Shown here: positions 22,781 to 24,279 of the stretch, in pieces
Numbering within the stretch: the stretch's first letter is position 1
Layout of the letters: each line of letters begins with the position of its first letter
Program-made: the position numbers and the translations under genes
Assembly (NCBI GenBank): GCA_018260615.1
Contig: JAGWDQ010000124.1
Coordinates: 1-24,279 of the forward strand
Length of the DNA: 24,279 bases
Source: Candidatus Altarchaeum sp.
GTDB taxonomy: Archaea > Altiarchaeota > Altiarchaeia > Altiarchaeales > Altiarchaeaceae
Direction: 5' to 3'
Notes under the pieces: generated by a model
Told to the model about the DNA's origin: nothing
The model's input: the letters and a program-made list of their open reading frames with translations, nothing else
Databases searched by the model: none

Positions 22781-24250
22781 TTAATTTTCATTTTTTATTA
22801 TTTCCCAGTGGCCGCCTTTATCCGGGCCAATACGTCCGATTATTCCAATTTCCTTTAATTTTGCAATATTATTTCTAATATTTTTCTCACTTATGCCTAC
22901 GGTTTGACTGAGTTCTTTTTGAGTTATATTTTTGTTCTTCATTATTTCTTGTAATATCTTTCGTTGATTTTGATTAAGTTTTTCTAGGTCTTTTTCTAGG
23001 TCTTTTTCTAGGTCTTTTTCTAGGTCTTTTTCTAGGTCTTTTTCGGGGACATTTTTCAATTTTGTTTTTAGCGGAAATTCAATTTTATAAAAAATAATCC
23101 CGTTTTCAACAATCGGTTCAAGGTTATAATGCGACTTCCATCCGTTGAACATTTTATCAAATCCGTATCCAGCATTTTCTGCGATCTTCAACACTCTGAA
23201 TATCTTTATCAGAATGGGGTTTCTTGGCAGAGTCAATTCTTGTTTTCTCAACACTTCAACAGGTGCAGGCAAACTTCCAGGATTCATGAATTCAATTCTA
23301 TCCGAGAATACCCTTATTCTTGGCTTCATTGTGCTGAAATAATCCGAATGTGCTAAAAGATTTACAAGAGCTTCTCTGATCGCTAAAACCTGTGGCTGAT
23401 TTTCATCTCTGAACACACCTTTTGTTTTAAAAGGAATATCTATTTTAGTAAGAAGCCGTTCAAAGATAATGAAGAAGTAATTATATATATTTTTCTGTAC
23501 AGGCATTCTATAAGTGTATCTTTCAGGTGCGTCTGAGTATGATGTACCTCGTATCTCCATGTAATCTATCATAAAATCAGAAAATATCCCGTTTATACTC
23601 TCCCCATTTCCAAACATTAAAAGACCCGCAACAGTCACTTTTCCGTCAATGGTCACTCGTAGTTTTTCAAATAATTCTGAGTCAGAAAGATTGCTATACT
23701 GGTTTGCAGAATCCAGATTTTTAATGTAATTTTTAAACCGCGTCAATGTCTCTTTATCTAAGTCCTTTAATTTAAATTTGGTAACTTCCTTATCTTTTGT
23801 TCCAAATGCAGAATCTCTCAAAATGGCATTGAGTTCTTCCTGAGTTGCCCTTTGGTCTCCGCTACCGGTTCTTATGAAAGTGTTTTTATGGCTGTCATAA
23901 AAAACAGGTTTATTTTCAGAAGCAGAAATATAAAACGCAAGAACTATTTTTTCGCCAAAATTATACTTTTGGCATTTAACCTCTAATTTTTTATTAAATT
24001 TCAGCCCACTCCTTAAAACGCTTATAAAATCCTGCTCTATTTTCTCAGGATTTTCAACACCATTAATATCATATTTTTTACCTTCTTTTTTCACTCCAAA
24101 AACAAGCCGGCCCCCGGATGTATTTGAAAAAGAACTAACTGTCTCCCAGGAACTTTTTGGAACATCGGATTTTGCTTCTTTTACTTCAAAGTCCTCCCAT
24201 TCAATATCTCCAAGTTTTTGAATAAGTTCTTCTTTGCTTAAATTTTTCAT
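22781..24250 (-). CDS. AlbA_2 (Schlafen-like) + HATPase_c_4 + C-terminal HTH protein
   Basis: 489 aa with EWEDFEVKE (ExxxxExK), SSFSNTSGGRLVFGV, AIREALVNLLAHSDY, DRIEFMNPG, RNPIL...AENAGYG and HTH ITQKELSQTVGISEKNIRNNI. Confidence 0.88.
   Translation of the reverse strand: MKNLSKEELIQKLGDIEWEDFEVKEAKSDVPKSSWETVSSFSNTSGGRLVFGVKKEGKKYDINGVENPEKIEQDFISVLRSGLKFNKKLEVKCQKYNFGEKIVLAFYISASENKPVFYDSHKNTFIRTGSGDQRATQEELNAILRDSAFGTKDKEVTKFKLKDLDKETLTRFKNYIKNLDSANQYSNLSDSELFEKLRVTIDGKVTVAGLLMFGNGESINGIFSDFMIDYMEIRGTSYSDAPERYTYRMPVQKNIYNYFFIIFERLLTKIDIPFKTKGVFRDENQPQVLAIREALVNLLAHSDYFSTMKPRIRVFSDRIEFMNPGSLPAPVEVLRKQELTLPRNPILIKIFRVLKIAENAGYGFDKMFNGWKSHYNLEPIVENGIIFYKIEFPLKTKLKNVPEKDLEKDLEKDLEKDLEKDLEKLNQNQRKILQEIMKNKNITQKELSQTVGISEKNIRNNIAKLKEIGIIGRIGPDKGGHWEIIKNEN
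22979..23044 (-). repeat. 5.5 x 12-bp perfect coding repeat (EKDL) in the linker before the HTH
   Basis: Plus-strand TAGGTCTTTTTC x5 (22985-23044) plus TTTTTC. Confidence 0.95.
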
Positions 24251-24279
24251 TGCCGTGATTTTTTGAAATGACTGAAAAT

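Noticed and set aside
1-24279. Diversity-generating retroelement, prophage or IS element
   Set aside because: No reverse transcriptase, no TR/VR pair with A-specific mismatches (the 50-bp repeat is perfect), and no structural, integrase or transposase genes.

Overview
AT-rich archaeal chromosomal segment. Evidence for an archaeon: type II methionine aminopeptidase, TIGR00288-type NYN proteins, a split transketolase, and a tRNA-Gly with A73 and no encoded CCA. A low-GC lineage such as Altiarchaeota is a plausible but unverified guess. Housekeeping genes (pcm, ppaC, transketolase N-subunit, RimK-family ligase, aroD, CPA2 antiporter, map, TtuA/NcsA-type tRNA thiolase, tRNA-Gly GCC) are interleaved with accessory genes (Bro-N, Fic, DinD, AlbA_2/HATPase_c_4/HTH). 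A tightly coupled three-gene defence-like operon encodes a PLD-SNF2 helicase, an N6-adenine MTase and a HEPN-like protein. The most unusual content is repetitive DNA. (1) A dispersed family of modules pairs a variable AT-rich hairpin with a conserved tail (CTCCGAACGAAGTGAGGTGA). It occurs intergenically, nested in a REP-like palindrome, and as six exact 48-bp copies inserted in frame in an NYN nuclease gene. (2) An 817-bp segment is bounded by a perfect 50-bp duplication of the pcm 5' end. (3) A 17 x 11-bp array and a related 3 x 11-bp array bracket the defence-like island. No integrase, transposase, reverse transcriptase or CRISPR array is visible in the window.
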